Below are positions 19,128 to 29,150 of a stretch of 64,000 bases of DNA, one piece after another. Source of the DNA: Candidatus Bathyarchaeia archaeon (lineage in GTDB: Archaea; Thermoproteota; Bathyarchaeia; Bathyarchaeales; Bathycorpusculaceae). The notes beneath the pieces were generated by a model. That model was not told where the DNA came from. It did not search any database and saw only the letters and a program-made list of their open reading frames with translations. How positions within the stretch are numbered: position 1 is the first letter of the stretch; the number at the start of each line of letters is the position of its first letter. A program made the translations under genes and the position numbers. The stretch spans positions 96,001 to 160,000 of the forward strand of contig JAVYWL010000003.1 of the NCBI GenBank assembly GCA_038727135.1, written 5' to 3'.

Positions 19128-20818
19128 TACACATCAGCCTTTACGGTTATTGGTTGGGAAATTGCCAAATAATCCTCACTTACCGGATAGTTCTCAAACT
19201 CAACAGTCCAATACTCTTTAAACCGCCTTTTCATTTCCTCTGTTATTTTCGCCTCTTCGCTGGTTTTCACGTTCAGCCACATGGTTGCCCCATCAACATG
19301 CTTCAAAACCTCGCCATCCTTAACAACTACTTGTCCACTTTTGATGGTGTAGGCTGCCCTTTTGAAAGCCCTCCTTAAAGCCTTATACTTCTTCGATGGG
19401 TCCATGGTTTCTGGGTTAAAGTTGTATATGGCTATGTCAGCGTCTGCGCCGACGCCCAAGTGTCCCTTGTTTTTAAGCCCTAAGGCTTTGGCTTGCCCCG
19501 CTCTCGTCACTATGGCTATTTCATAAAAGCTTAACTCGCGGTCTATTGTTGGGAGGAGGCTTCTACTTCTGGCTTTTGGATTAATCTTTTTGAGGGTGGC
19601 TTCTCTGGCTTTTCTGCTCATAAGCCAAGCCACAATCCTCGGATAAGCGATAAATGGTCCGCCGTTCGGGTGGTCTGTTGTCATTAAAATTTTCCAGGGG
19701 TCTTTTATTAGTAGGGCTAGTTCTAAGCCTATTGACCACTGGGTTGCGTGAACATAGCTTTTCCTCTTGTAGTGGAATGGTACGATTCCGGCGCTGGTTT
19801 CTGTTTCCACATCGTGGTTTACCCACTTGTTCCCGCTTAACGTGTAGAGTATGTATTGGAATGGACCGTCAGCCGTCATTGTCGTTGTGTCTGTAAATAT
19901 TACCTGTCCCATGTCCATTGTCACGTGGGAATGGGCGTTAACGTAGTTGGCTATCTCTTCTGCTCCGGACTCGAAGGTTCTCCAGTCGTCACCCTTAAAG
20001 GCGCTGAACTGACAGTGGGTTATGTGGATTACAGGTTTGCCATCTTCGGCTAAATCCTCCACGCATTTCATTGTTTCTAGGGCTGTCACATAATTGCCCG
20101 GCTTTCCAAGGTTGTTTGTGTGCACATGAATTGTGTGGGGCAGGTTTAGAAGCTTATTAACCTTGCATAGTCCGCGTATAATCTCGCGGGGTGTTATCCC
20201 AAAATATGGGACTTGGTCGTCTATGCTGTTTACGTTGCGTCCAAAACCCCAAGCCTCAAGCCCGCCTGGGTTGACAAGTTTTATTGCGTAGCCCTTGGTT
20301 GCCTTCATCATCCATGCTACGTGGCGGGCGCATTCCTCTATTTTACCATCCCTTAAATATTCGAGGACAAACCACCAGTCGCCGAGGAGCGGGTAACTAG
20401 CCTTATCAATTATGGGAGTGTCGCTTAACTCCTCATGGGTGTGCTTCGCCTCCAGTGGTGGCATGGCTGGGTCCATAACTGTTGTCCAGCCCATCCTTGC
20501 ATAACGGTAGCCAGTTGTAAAAGTTGATGGAATAGAATAGCCAACACCAGACCTTGTTACGGCTGTTTTGCGTTCAAAATCCTTGAAGTGGTCTTCTGGG
20601 CGGAGCAGTCTTCCAGCGTTCACTTTTCCGCCTGCTATGTGGCTGTGGATGTCAACCCCACCCGGCATGACAACCATCCCAGAAGCATCAATCTTCTTGG
20701 CGCGGCGCTCGTTGACCTTCTTGACTATTTTGCCGTCTTTTACGGCTATGTCCATTTTTTCTCCGTCAACGTCGTTAATAGGGTCGTAAACAAGCCCGTT
20801 TCGTATTAGAAGCTCCAT
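19127..20818 (-). CDS. fwdA: Formylmethanofuran dehydrogenase subunit A
   Basis: DIHSHIAGGKVN, TTDHPNGGPF, GHLGVGADAD. Confidence 0.95.
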   Translation of the reverse strand: MELLIRNGLVYDPINDVDGEKMDIAVKDGKIVKKVNERRAKKIDASGMVVMPGGVDIHSHIAGGKVNAGRLLRPEDHFKDFERKTAVTRSGVGYSIPSTFTTGYRYARMGWTTVMDPAMPPLEAKHTHEELSDTPIIDKASYPLLGDWWFVLEYLRDGKIEECARHVAWMMKATKGYAIKLVNPGGLEAWGFGRNVNSIDDQVPYFGITPREIIRGLCKVNKLLNLPHTIHVHTNNLGKPGNYVTALETMKCVEDLAEDGKPVIHITHCQFSAFKGDDWRTFESGAEEIANYVNAHSHVTMDMGQVIFTDTTTMTADGPFQYILYTLSGNKWVNHDVETETSAGIVPFHYKRKSYVHATQWSIGLELALLIKDPWKILMTTDHPNGGPFIAYPRIVAWLMSRKAREATLKKINPKARSRSLLPTIDRELSFYEIAIVTRAGQAKALGLKNKGHLGVGADADIAIYNFNPETMDPSKKYKALRRAFKRAAYTIKSGQVVVKDGEVLKHVDGATMWLNVKTSEEAKITEEMKRRFKEYWTVEFENYPVSEDYLAISQPITVKADV

Positions 20819-22272
20819 TAGGCTTTAGCCTCCTTCCTTTTTATCCTTCTAACTTCAGCCAAAATCCGCCTCAGAATCTCCTCGTCTGGAAGAATGCCCC
20901 TCGGTGGGTTCACCACCTTCTTTAGAGGTATGGGCACGTGGTCCATGCGGTAGGCTGTTCCAGAAGCTTCTATGCCCACAAAAGCCGACGGGATAAGCAC
21001 GTCAGCCATTTGAGCTGTCACATTCATGTGGGGGTCGATAACTATTAAGGGGTTTTCCACCAAGTGTTCAGCCGCTTTTCGTGGGAAATTTGAAACTGGG
21101 TCTGAAGCCACTATTAGAGCGGCATCAGACTCCTTCCGCAATAAAACGTCGACAACTGATGTTTCGCCGGGATTGTACCTTGGATAGCCAAGCGAAAAGT
21201 CCACTGCGTATGGGTAGCCCGTCTGCCAAGTAAAAACCGTGTTGGCGCCAGTCACATTGAAGTGCCCCCGCATGGGCATTATGACAAATTTTGTTCTCAT
21301 GTTTAGGTCCCGCACCAATGAAAGCGCCGCGTCTATGTTTCGCAGTTTGCCACTACTCATTGTTAAGCCAAGCCCAAAGAACAAGGCGCCGAAATCGCAG
21401 CTAACCATGGCGTCAGCTACCTCCTCCAAATACTCCACGGGTACACCGGCTACCTTGTCAACTTCCAGTTCTTGGTCGCGGACTAGCGCCCTAAAAGCTT
21501 GCAAAAGCTCATAATCCTTGTTGGGCTCGACTTGCACGAAGTAGTCTGCGATTTCAGCCGTTTTTGTTCGCCTGACGTCAATCACTATGAGTTTTCTTCC
21601 TTCCTTGGCTATTGATGGGTAAGGCTTATACTCGGAAACTGGTGGAGAGACGGGCGCCGGCTTTTTGAAGAACAGCCGTTTAATGGCGCTTTGAACCTTT
21701 TTCCTTCCAACAAGAGCCTTAACTTTGTTCACGTAGCTTCTCCATGCGCTCTTCTCAAATCTTCCCTCCGAGAAGGCTGTGTAACGCTCTATGTGCCTCG
21801 GATGGGCGCTCCACGGATTGCTTCCCCAATAAACGATTAAGTCAGCCCTATGCCTAATCTGCCCCAAAGTGCACGATGGAATTCCCACATCTTGAATGCT
21901 CAAAATTGATGGACCGTGACAGACAACAGCAGTATTGTCTATTACTCCACCCACCTCTTCGGCGAGTTCTATGCCAACGCTTATGGCTTCACAGCTTGTG
22001 CTGCTCCAGCCATAAAGCACCGGATAGTTGGCTTCAGCCAATATTTCGGCAGCCCTTCTAATAGCCTCTTTAAGGGTTGTCTTAACAAGTTCGCCATTTT
22101 TCCTTATCATTGGTTTTAAAACACGATGCTCGCCACAGTAGCCCAAAAACTTGGCTTCACACATGGCACAGCCATTCTTAACTTTGACGATGCGTCCATT
22201 CTCAACAGTTAGTTCTATGTCGTCGCATAGGCTTCCACAAACGGGGCAAGTTACAGCCTTAACAACTGGCAT
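20818..22272 (-). CDS. fwdB: Formylmethanofuran dehydrogenase subunit B (Cys form)
   Basis: CPVCGSLCDD, VCHGPS, HPRH, PMRGHFNV, RYNPGET. Confidence 0.95.
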   Translation of the reverse strand: MPVVKAVTCPVCGSLCDDIELTVENGRIVKVKNGCAMCEAKFLGYCGEHRVLKPMIRKNGELVKTTLKEAIRRAAEILAEANYPVLYGWSSTSCEAISVGIELAEEVGGVIDNTAVVCHGPSILSIQDVGIPSCTLGQIRHRADLIVYWGSNPWSAHPRHIERYTAFSEGRFEKSAWRSYVNKVKALVGRKKVQSAIKRLFFKKPAPVSPPVSEYKPYPSIAKEGRKLIVIDVRRTKTAEIADYFVQVEPNKDYELLQAFRALVRDQELEVDKVAGVPVEYLEEVADAMVSCDFGALFFGLGLTMSSGKLRNIDAALSLVRDLNMRTKFVIMPMRGHFNVTGANTVFTWQTGYPYAVDFSLGYPRYNPGETSVVDVLLRKESDAALIVASDPVSNFPRKAAEHLVENPLIVIDPHMNVTAQMADVLIPSAFVGIEASGTAYRMDHVPIPLKKVVNPPRGILPDEEILRRILAEVRRIKRKEAKA

Positions 22273-22275
22273 CCA

Positions 22276-22683
22276 TCAACCCTTCCTAAAAACTGTTTTG
22301 AGAAGCTCCTCCAAGCCTAGAACTGGCTTGTCTGGGGCTGGCTCCACAGAAGCTGGAATCCCCTTGAAAGAGGGCATACCAATGCCATTGGTTTCAGGGT
22401 CGACAACAACATTCGCCCAAGGACCATAAGGGATAAAGACCACGCCTTGGTGCGGTACCCTCAAAGATTTCTTGGCTTTAACCACAACTGAGCCAAAAGC
22501 CGTTGAAACTTGAATGTTGGTTCCATCTCTTATGCCAAGCCTTTTCATATCCTCTGGGTCCATATAGCAAACGGATACGCTTTCCACATACTCTTTTGAG
22601 GATTTTCCCCGCTCTTTTCCGGCACCCTGCTCTATTGTACGTCCAGTCAACAAGGTGACCTTCAGCTTAGGCTTCTCTTCCAT
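22276..22683 (-). CDS. fwdD: Formylmethanofuran dehydrogenase subunit D
   Basis: LLTGRTIEQG, FIPYGPWAN, GMPSFKG. Confidence 0.93.
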   Translation of the reverse strand: MEEKPKLKVTLLTGRTIEQGAGKERGKSSKEYVESVSVCYMDPEDMKRLGIRDGTNIQVSTAFGSVVVKAKKSLRVPHQGVVFIPYGPWANVVVDPETNGIGMPSFKGIPASVEPAPDKPVLGLEELLKTVFRKG

Positions 22684-22760
22684 CGGTTAACCTCAACATT
22701 TGCACATTAACGCCAAACATTTCTTGAAAGCTACATACAGAAAACTCAATCCTAATTAAT

Positions 22761-23726
22761 TTATCCCTTCCTAACATTAAGAATAATTGTGCGAATTAAC
22801 CAGCTATTTGGCGGAATTGGTGGTTGTGGTGGAGACCCCTCCGGAGGAGGCGTAAATTTGGGATGCTCTTCGCCTAGAGGTGATTTTTCAAGTGCTAGTC
22901 TTTCCGCCTTCCTCTTTCGGTAAACATGTATTGCAAAGTATACAAGCATAGCTCCTACGAGTATGAGTACCGAGTAAATGAATGTTGTTAAAGCGTAAGT
23001 GACATAAGTAAAACGCACATTTGAGGTATTATATGTAAATACTATACTGTAAGATAGCGTTCGAGGATAGCCAGATTCCACATAATTAACCGTCCAATAC
23101 TGTCTATCCTCTAACATGAGCCCAGTTTCCCGATCATATATTATTTCAAGCCTTCCATAGTAATCAGCGGATATTATACTTCCATAAAGTGAGATGTCCC
23201 GGGAGCAGCCAAACTCTATATTACTTGCCACTAATGTGTTGAAGAATAGCCATCCATAACACCTTAAGCCTGAATCAGACAAAGTAACTGTCTGATTAAG
23301 AATTTTCACCGCGTCTCCAGGGTTGTGCCCCTCACCAATCCATAAATCAAAGTATTCGCCATGAGGTGGAATTTCCAGCGTAGGCAAGAGTTCTTCAACA
23401 AAGATTGCGGAGCGGTTGATTAGGCTTACATAAAATGTCATCGACGTTGAGGCTGTTCCTGCCATTATAAGCCTTTCTGTAGCCTCAATGTATGTCTCAT
23501 TTATAATGTTGCTAGTGCTCAACTCAAATCGTCCCTGTAGAGAATACCCTAGAACATTTACAGTGTAAGAATATTCAACACGCAAAAACGGGAAAGGCAC
23601 AGTTTGCCTTCCTACGGCAAGAGCGTAGGGAAGAAGCATAACTAGAAAAGTTTCTGAAAGAATGATGAATATGAAAATTTTACTGCGAGACAATATGCTC
23701 ACCAAACCTCTCAAAAACCCTGCCAA
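22761..23726 (-). CDS. Hypothetical membrane-anchored surface protein with Pro-rich tail
   Basis: N-terminal hydrophobic segment, C-terminal TM followed by RKRK and PPPEGSPPQPPIPP. Confidence 0.65.
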   Translation of the reverse strand: MAGFLRGLVSILSRSKIFIFIILSETFLVMLLPYALAVGRQTVPFPFLRVEYSYTVNVLGYSLQGRFELSTSNIINETYIEATERLIMAGTASTSMTFYVSLINRSAIFVEELLPTLEIPPHGEYFDLWIGEGHNPGDAVKILNQTVTLSDSGLRCYGWLFFNTLVASNIEFGCSRDISLYGSIISADYYGRLEIIYDRETGLMLEDRQYWTVNYVESGYPRTLSYSIVFTYNTSNVRFTYVTYALTTFIYSVLILVGAMLVYFAIHVYRKRKAERLALEKSPLGEEHPKFTPPPEGSPPQPPIPPNSWLIRTIILNVRKG

Positions 23727-23917
23727 TAAAAGGATAAAGCGTATACCCGTTGATCATGATGAACAATGACAATCCCATCAAACACGCATTTTAAATAAAT
23801 ATCATACACATCAGCTTTAAATTTATCCTAACAGTCATTCCCAAAAACCAACAAAGGGTTCCTGGAAGGAGAGAAAAGCCAATAGCATACCACCCCTATC
23901 GTTTTCCGTCTTTCACA

Positions 23918-24868
23918 TTATGGTCTATAACCGCTCAACACAGCCAGTGCTAAGGCGGCGGCAATGATGTCTGCTGTTGTTCCCGGATTCAATAGATTGC
24001 TTTCCTTTCTTAGCATAGCGTCAAATTGGCGGAGCTTCTCCCCTCCAACGACTGTTTTGAGTCCACCGCTTTTCAGAACTTCTTCAGCCATGGCTGAGAC
24101 TTCGCAAGCTCTCTTAAGCCCGACTTTTCTTGCAATGAAGGTGTCTGGATGCTTGGCTAAAACAGCGAGGAAAGTGTGAATTATCGCCGTGTTTAAGTCT
24201 CCGTCTTCCTTAAGATTTCGCATCAACATTGGATAGGCATGTTCGAAGGTTACTGGGTAGTTGTTAACCCATTCTGAGCAAACCATGTCATAAGATGATG
24301 CTATTTTGAAAACTTGATAAAGCGAGATCTTCTCATCAATTATGCGTTTTATGGAATTTGGGTCGTTAACGTCTAGATCTGGAGCTTTTCCCAAACCGCT
24401 GGGCTTGGCAGTCCTAACAGCTTCGTATACTGCAACGGCGTCTTCAGGCGTTGTTGCTTCAACAACCCCTTTCAGATTTTGTCTTAAAATGGAAGGGTCG
24501 AAAGTTCCTTTTTCCATGGGGGTCATGCCAGCCGCCACAGCTAAAGGCGTAAAAAGTATTACTGTGCCAAGTAATGTATTGCCTCCGCTCTGCCAAGCAT
24601 TAATGTCAGCTACACAGTCTCTAATGATTCTTCCAACACCTACGTCTTCTAAAGCCAATTCGCCCTTTGAAACAGCCATACCCCGTTCGGCGGCCAACCT
24701 AAAATGGGGAGCCGCCGCCACAGCAGAAGCCAAAAAATGCATGTGATTTGTGCCCTCAAAACCAACAACCAAATTCACGTTTCCAGGCTTGTCAGCACTA
24801 ACCTCCAAGAGAATGGCCAACTCCAAACAACGCGAAACGTGCTCAGCCTTGTTGAAAGGGAAAGCCAT
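23918..24868 (-). CDS. CitG-family (triphosphoribosyl-dephospho-CoA synthase-like) protein; start placed at MAFPFNK
   Basis: LEVSADKPGNV, NTLLG, PDTFIARK, NPGTTAD. Confidence 0.85.
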   Translation of the reverse strand: MAFPFNKAEHVSRCLELAILLEVSADKPGNVNLVVGFEGTNHMHFLASAVAAAPHFRLAAERGMAVSKGELALEDVGVGRIIRDCVADINAWQSGGNTLLGTVILFTPLAVAAGMTPMEKGTFDPSILRQNLKGVVEATTPEDAVAVYEAVRTAKPSGLGKAPDLDVNDPNSIKRIIDEKISLYQVFKIASSYDMVCSEWVNNYPVTFEHAYPMLMRNLKEDGDLNTAIIHTFLAVLAKHPDTFIARKVGLKRACEVSAMAEEVLKSGGLKTVVGGEKLRQFDAMLRKESNLLNPGTTADIIAAALALAVLSGYRP

Positions 24869-24964
24869 CGAACATTGCACCTTTACTGTATAGCTTGCAT
24901 GGAAAGGCTTATTAACGTTGTGTAAAAAATTACACAGCAATTACCAAAAATACATAAGGAAGAG

Positions 24965-25927
24965 TTGAAAATGCAAAAGTTAAAAGTGTCTGCCCGTGAA
25001 ATAGCCCTAACGGCAATCTTTGCGGCTCTATCGTGGACTGTTTCAGAATTTGTTCCGGGAATTCCGATAATAGGCGCTTCTGGTTCAAGTATAAGCTTCG
25101 ACGCCTCGCTGGCGCCCATCTACGGCGTAATTGTCGGACCATATTTGGGGTTTCTTGCAGCCGTGATCGGTGGTTTAGCTGCAGCTGGAAACCTCTTTAC
25201 GATTTTAACATCCTTCTGCACTGGCATATCGGCGTTTGTTGCAGGAATGTTAACAACCAAAAAAGTGGGTAAAACAATTCATGGATGGACGTTTTCAGCG
25301 GTTGCCATCGCAATACTTTTGGCAGGCTGGTATTCCACGGATATTGGTCGAGCGGCACCATTTTATCCGATTCCCCATATCACGGGACTGTTGATGGTGC
25401 TTATTGCTAGGGGATGGATTGCCGACAAAATTGTAGAGGAAAAAGAAGAAAAACTGGTTAAAAAATTGAAGACGGACTATATGGCTTGGGGCATGATTTG
25501 CCTATTGATAGGGATAACATGCTACTTCACTTACACAGATATTGGAAAATTATTTGAAACCATGGAAATTCTCAAAGTTTTGCCATTTCTCACTTACGCC
25601 ATGCTCATAATCGGAGCGTTCTCGATAATTTACGGATTCTTCAGCTGGATTAAACCAGGATTTGTGACGGCTACAGCCATAGCGTGCTACTGTGGAATCA
25701 TTGCAGACCATATGCTTGGCAACTTAATATTTTTGGGTATGATGGATGTTGTTGCTCCTGCATTGAAGAGCGCGCCAAGCGAGTTTATAGCGGGCATATT
25801 TATGATGGTGCTTCCGATATCAGTTATTGAAAGAACGTTGTTTACAGCTATTGCCACAACAATTGCGGTGGCTCTCTTGCCAACTTTACGGAAAGCTGGG
25901 CTCACATACAGAAAGAGCGAAATATAA
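24965..25927 (+). CDS. ECF S-component-like polytopic membrane protein
   Basis: LAPIYGVIVGPYLGFLAAVIG; many TM segments. Confidence 0.6.
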   Translation: MKMQKLKVSAREIALTAIFAALSWTVSEFVPGIPIIGASGSSISFDASLAPIYGVIVGPYLGFLAAVIGGLAAAGNLFTILTSFCTGISAFVAGMLTTKKVGKTIHGWTFSAVAIAILLAGWYSTDIGRAAPFYPIPHITGLLMVLIARGWIADKIVEEKEEKLVKKLKTDYMAWGMICLLIGITCYFTYTDIGKLFETMEILKVLPFLTYAMLIIGAFSIIYGFFSWIKPGFVTATAIACYCGIIADHMLGNLIFLGMMDVVAPALKSAPSEFIAGIFMMVLPISVIERTLFTAIATTIAVALLPTLRKAGLTYRKSEI

Positions 25928-25937
25928 GCTGATAGTA

Positions 25938-26966
25938 ATGATGTCGAAAATGCAGCCAGCAGAAGGCTTTTTAATAGAGTCTGTTGAGGGCATAATCTTT
26001 GACGTGAAGGGACTAGTTCACCCGCCAAGCAAGATAATAGCTTTTCCCCGCTTTGTTCCAGATAAAAAAGGTTCTCGCATCCGCAACGGCGTTATGTACA
26101 GCAAAGTTTATGGAATTTCTGAAAGGTTCGCTTTTCTCGGAAGGACTATTCCAAATTATGTTGTTCACGACCCGATTTTTGACGATAAGCTATGTGAAGT
26201 TCCGCTGGAAAATGTAAAAAAGGTTTACAGTCCAATTGAGGGCTTGAAGAGGCTTAGGGAAAGCGAAAGCCTCGATGGTTTGGAAAAGGCTGCTTTGCAA
26301 TGTCTAGAAATTTTGAAAAAAGAGGCAGGAGTGCCGTGGAGCAAGCTTGGGATTTCTGGTTCGGTTTTGGTTGGCTTGCATACTGATGCCTCTGACATAG
26401 ACCCAGTTGTTTATGGCGCTGAAAACTGCCGGAAAGTGCACAGTGCCTTAAAGAGGTTGCTTGAGGAAGGTGACACGCCTTTCAAGCCTTACAGTTTGGA
26501 GGATTTGCGGAGGCTTTTCGCTTTCCGTTCGAAAGACACCATTATGAGCTTCGAGGACTTCGTAAAGGTCGAATCCAGAAAGGTTTTCCAGGGCAAGTTC
26601 ATGAATAGAGACTATTTCATCCGTTTCGTGAAGGACTGGAATGAAATAGGCGAAAAGTATGGTGATATCCGCTATAAGAATTGTGGCTATGCGAAGGTTG
26701 AGGCCGTGGTTGTTGATGATGCTGAAGCCATATTCACACCATGCACATACAAAGTTAAAGACGTAAAAGTTGTTGAGGGACCAAAAATCGAACCAATAAG
26801 GGAAATTGCATCTTTTCGTGGAAGGTTCTGCCAACAAGCAAGTGAAGGTGAGAGTGTCATGGCGCAGGGAAAACTTGAACATGTGACGGACCGCAGAAGT
26901 GGCGAGGAATACTTTAGGCTACTTCTTGGAAACAAGCCAACAGACTACATGATTTTAAAAAGTTAG
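25938..26966 (+). CDS. Archaeal Pol-beta-fold nucleotidyltransferase-like protein, paralog 1
   Basis: GISGSVLVG...SDIDPVVYG; C-terminal region shared with the two neighbours. Confidence 0.75.
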   Translation: MMSKMQPAEGFLIESVEGIIFDVKGLVHPPSKIIAFPRFVPDKKGSRIRNGVMYSKVYGISERFAFLGRTIPNYVVHDPIFDDKLCEVPLENVKKVYSPIEGLKRLRESESLDGLEKAALQCLEILKKEAGVPWSKLGISGSVLVGLHTDASDIDPVVYGAENCRKVHSALKRLLEEGDTPFKPYSLEDLRRLFAFRSKDTIMSFEDFVKVESRKVFQGKFMNRDYFIRFVKDWNEIGEKYGDIRYKNCGYAKVEAVVVDDAEAIFTPCTYKVKDVKVVEGPKIEPIREIASFRGRFCQQASEGESVMAQGKLEHVTDRRSGEEYFRLLLGNKPTDYMILKS

Positions 26967-28048
26967 GTTTTAGCTGCTGACTCCGCAACCTTCAAAACTT
27001 GCTCGTAATAGCGCGGTCCATAAGTCAATGTCATTTGGTGGAAGCACTCGCCATCTTGTAACTCAACTTTTTCAAGGTTTCCTTCAGCATAAACCATTTC
27101 ACCTTTCCACGCCTGCATCCTAAACTCTTCAAGATAGGAGACAACCCTTTTTAAGTCTCTCACCTTTGGGCCTTCAATAATTTTAACAGTTTCAACATGG
27201 TAGATTGATGGCATAAAAGGGGCTTCTGAATCATCTTTTATGCGTAGAAGCGCCTTAACCCAGCCTTCACGGGTAATTCTCCTAACTTGACTGTATTCGT
27301 TTTTTATTTCACTCCAGTCTTTCACTGGTTCAAACTCAACCTTGATGGCCCTTCCGGAGGTTTCGTCGTGGAAAACTCCATAGATGAGCTTGCGCCGTTG
27401 ATGCCAAATAAACTCTTCTGAGCGTATGTTCTTAAAGCGCCAAGCCTTCCCCTTAATGGATGAGTCATCTTCGAACTCGTTAGAAAAACCCGAATTCTCA
27501 TCCATGTAAAGTTCTTGTAGAACCTCACGTATGCGCTCAAGATTTTTCCTCCCATAAACAACCACGTCTATGTCAGAGAATTTTGGATGGTAGAAGCCTT
27601 GGAGAAGCGAGCCGAAAACACCAAAATCCATAATAGACAAGCCGGAACTAACCACTGTTGCTTCTAAGACTTTTTGAAGAGCCTTTAGAAGCTCGTCCTT
27701 CGGTTCTTTTTCAATAAGCCTTTTTAGGACTTCCTCCGGCTTTTTTATGCCCGCCACATTAGAGTTTTTCACGCCGACAACCTTTCTGCCAATTGGCTCA
27801 TACAGAATCATGTATTGTGGATAGTTTGCCTCTATAAAGCGCCAGCCTTCATCCTCATAAAACTTGTAAAAGACATTTGCGCCATCGGTTCTGTAGGCTT
27901 TAGGGTTGGCAGACTTAAAAAGATTAGAAGGCGCATACTCAGCATCGCATACGAAACCATCTGACGGATGAGTATAGCCAAAAACGCGGAAGATTAAGCC
28001 TTCACGTGTTATTATTGCGTCGCGGTCCCTAAGCCTTAAACCGGCCAA
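26963..28048 (-). CDS. Archaeal Pol-beta-fold nucleotidyltransferase-like protein, paralog 2
   Basis: GVFGSLLQG...SDIDVVVYG. Confidence 0.75.
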   Translation of the reverse strand: MAGLRLRDRDAIITREGLIFRVFGYTHPSDGFVCDAEYAPSNLFKSANPKAYRTDGANVFYKFYEDEGWRFIEANYPQYMILYEPIGRKVVGVKNSNVAGIKKPEEVLKRLIEKEPKDELLKALQKVLEATVVSSGLSIMDFGVFGSLLQGFYHPKFSDIDVVVYGRKNLERIREVLQELYMDENSGFSNEFEDDSSIKGKAWRFKNIRSEEFIWHQRRKLIYGVFHDETSGRAIKVEFEPVKDWSEIKNEYSQVRRITREGWVKALLRIKDDSEAPFMPSIYHVETVKIIEGPKVRDLKRVVSYLEEFRMQAWKGEMVYAEGNLEKVELQDGECFHQMTLTYGPRYYEQVLKVAESAAKT

Positions 28049-29073
28049 ATGTACTCTTCCTCGCTCTCAGCAGTTCCGACAACAACTTGATAAAAGGCTT
28101 CACCGCCGCCAACCCTCTCCACCCGTTCCAGCACCCCGGAAACCTCTATTTTCTGGTTGCTTCTGGCTATGTTTCTGTAGCATCCAATCATGGAGACAAC
28201 GGCCCATGGAACCATTTCTCTTGGAAGCTTTGATTTTTTGTTTAATGGTGTGTAGTCTTCAATCTTGTATATGGCTGGGCGGAACATGGCTTCGCTGTCA
28301 TCTTTAACCTTGCATTGGAATTTGACTGGCGCGATTGGCGTGTAAAAGTACTCGCCATACTTGGTTGTAACTTCTTCTGGTTTACGGATAGCATTGTACA
28401 TGAAGATTTTCTCGCGGTAACGCCCCTTAAACCGTCTCGCCGCGTCCAGACGGTTGTTAAAAACGTAGCTTAGGGTTCCCTCCTCAACAAGCTTGTTAAT
28501 TGCTTCCTCCACCTTGCGGAAGTTCTGGCTTCCATAAACAACAATGTCTATGTCAGACTTTTGAGAATGCATGTTTAGTGCTACGGAGCCGTGAACGCCA
28601 AAATCGTCGAGGGCGACCTCTGAAGCGCTGGAAACCAAATTCACAAAATCAAGGGTCATCCTTTGCAGTTTATCCAGCTTTTTCATTTTCAAGAGGCGTT
28701 GGAGGCATTCCCTTGGAACATAAATCCTCCTAATTTTCTTTAAAGGCACGCTGATAACATCTTTTCCTCTGTAAGGGCAATGGTAAACATAGTCCGGGAA
28801 ATGTGTCCGAAAAACTTCTAGGAAGGTTTGGTAGTTTTTCGCTGTGTAAAGCTTTTCAGCCCTTAAAAGCTCGGTTCGTCCATAACGCCATGTTCTCCCC
28901 AAAAGGCGGATATTAAATAGTTCTTTAAATTTTGATGGAATATACTTTAGAAAGGCGAGGACACGCTTTTCCGGGTGCTCGTACCCAAATACGTTTAGTA
29001 TGAAGCCTTCTCTGGTTGTGAATGTGTCTCCGTCCATTGGAAGCCAGTTTTTAGGCGCAGTCGTCAATGTCAC
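28036..29073 (-). CDS. Archaeal Pol-beta-fold nucleotidyltransferase-like protein, paralog 3
   Basis: GVHGSVALN...SDIDIVVYG. Confidence 0.75.
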   Translation of the reverse strand: MTLTTAPKNWLPMDGDTFTTREGFILNVFGYEHPEKRVLAFLKYIPSKFKELFNIRLLGRTWRYGRTELLRAEKLYTAKNYQTFLEVFRTHFPDYVYHCPYRGKDVISVPLKKIRRIYVPRECLQRLLKMKKLDKLQRMTLDFVNLVSSASEVALDDFGVHGSVALNMHSQKSDIDIVVYGSQNFRKVEEAINKLVEEGTLSYVFNNRLDAARRFKGRYREKIFMYNAIRKPEEVTTKYGEYFYTPIAPVKFQCKVKDDSEAMFRPAIYKIEDYTPLNKKSKLPREMVPWAVVSMIGCYRNIARSNQKIEVSGVLERVERVGGGEAFYQVVVGTAESEEEYIWPV

Positions 29074-29150
29074 CTTGTTAGAATTTGGCTGACTGTTTTA
29101 AAAGTGTTGATGCTGAGGAGAAAACGATTTAAGATTAACGGTGAAGACTT

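Noticed and set aside
20818-22272. Selenocysteine form of FwdB
   Set aside because: The active-site residue is Cys (VCHGP) and there is no in-frame TGA.
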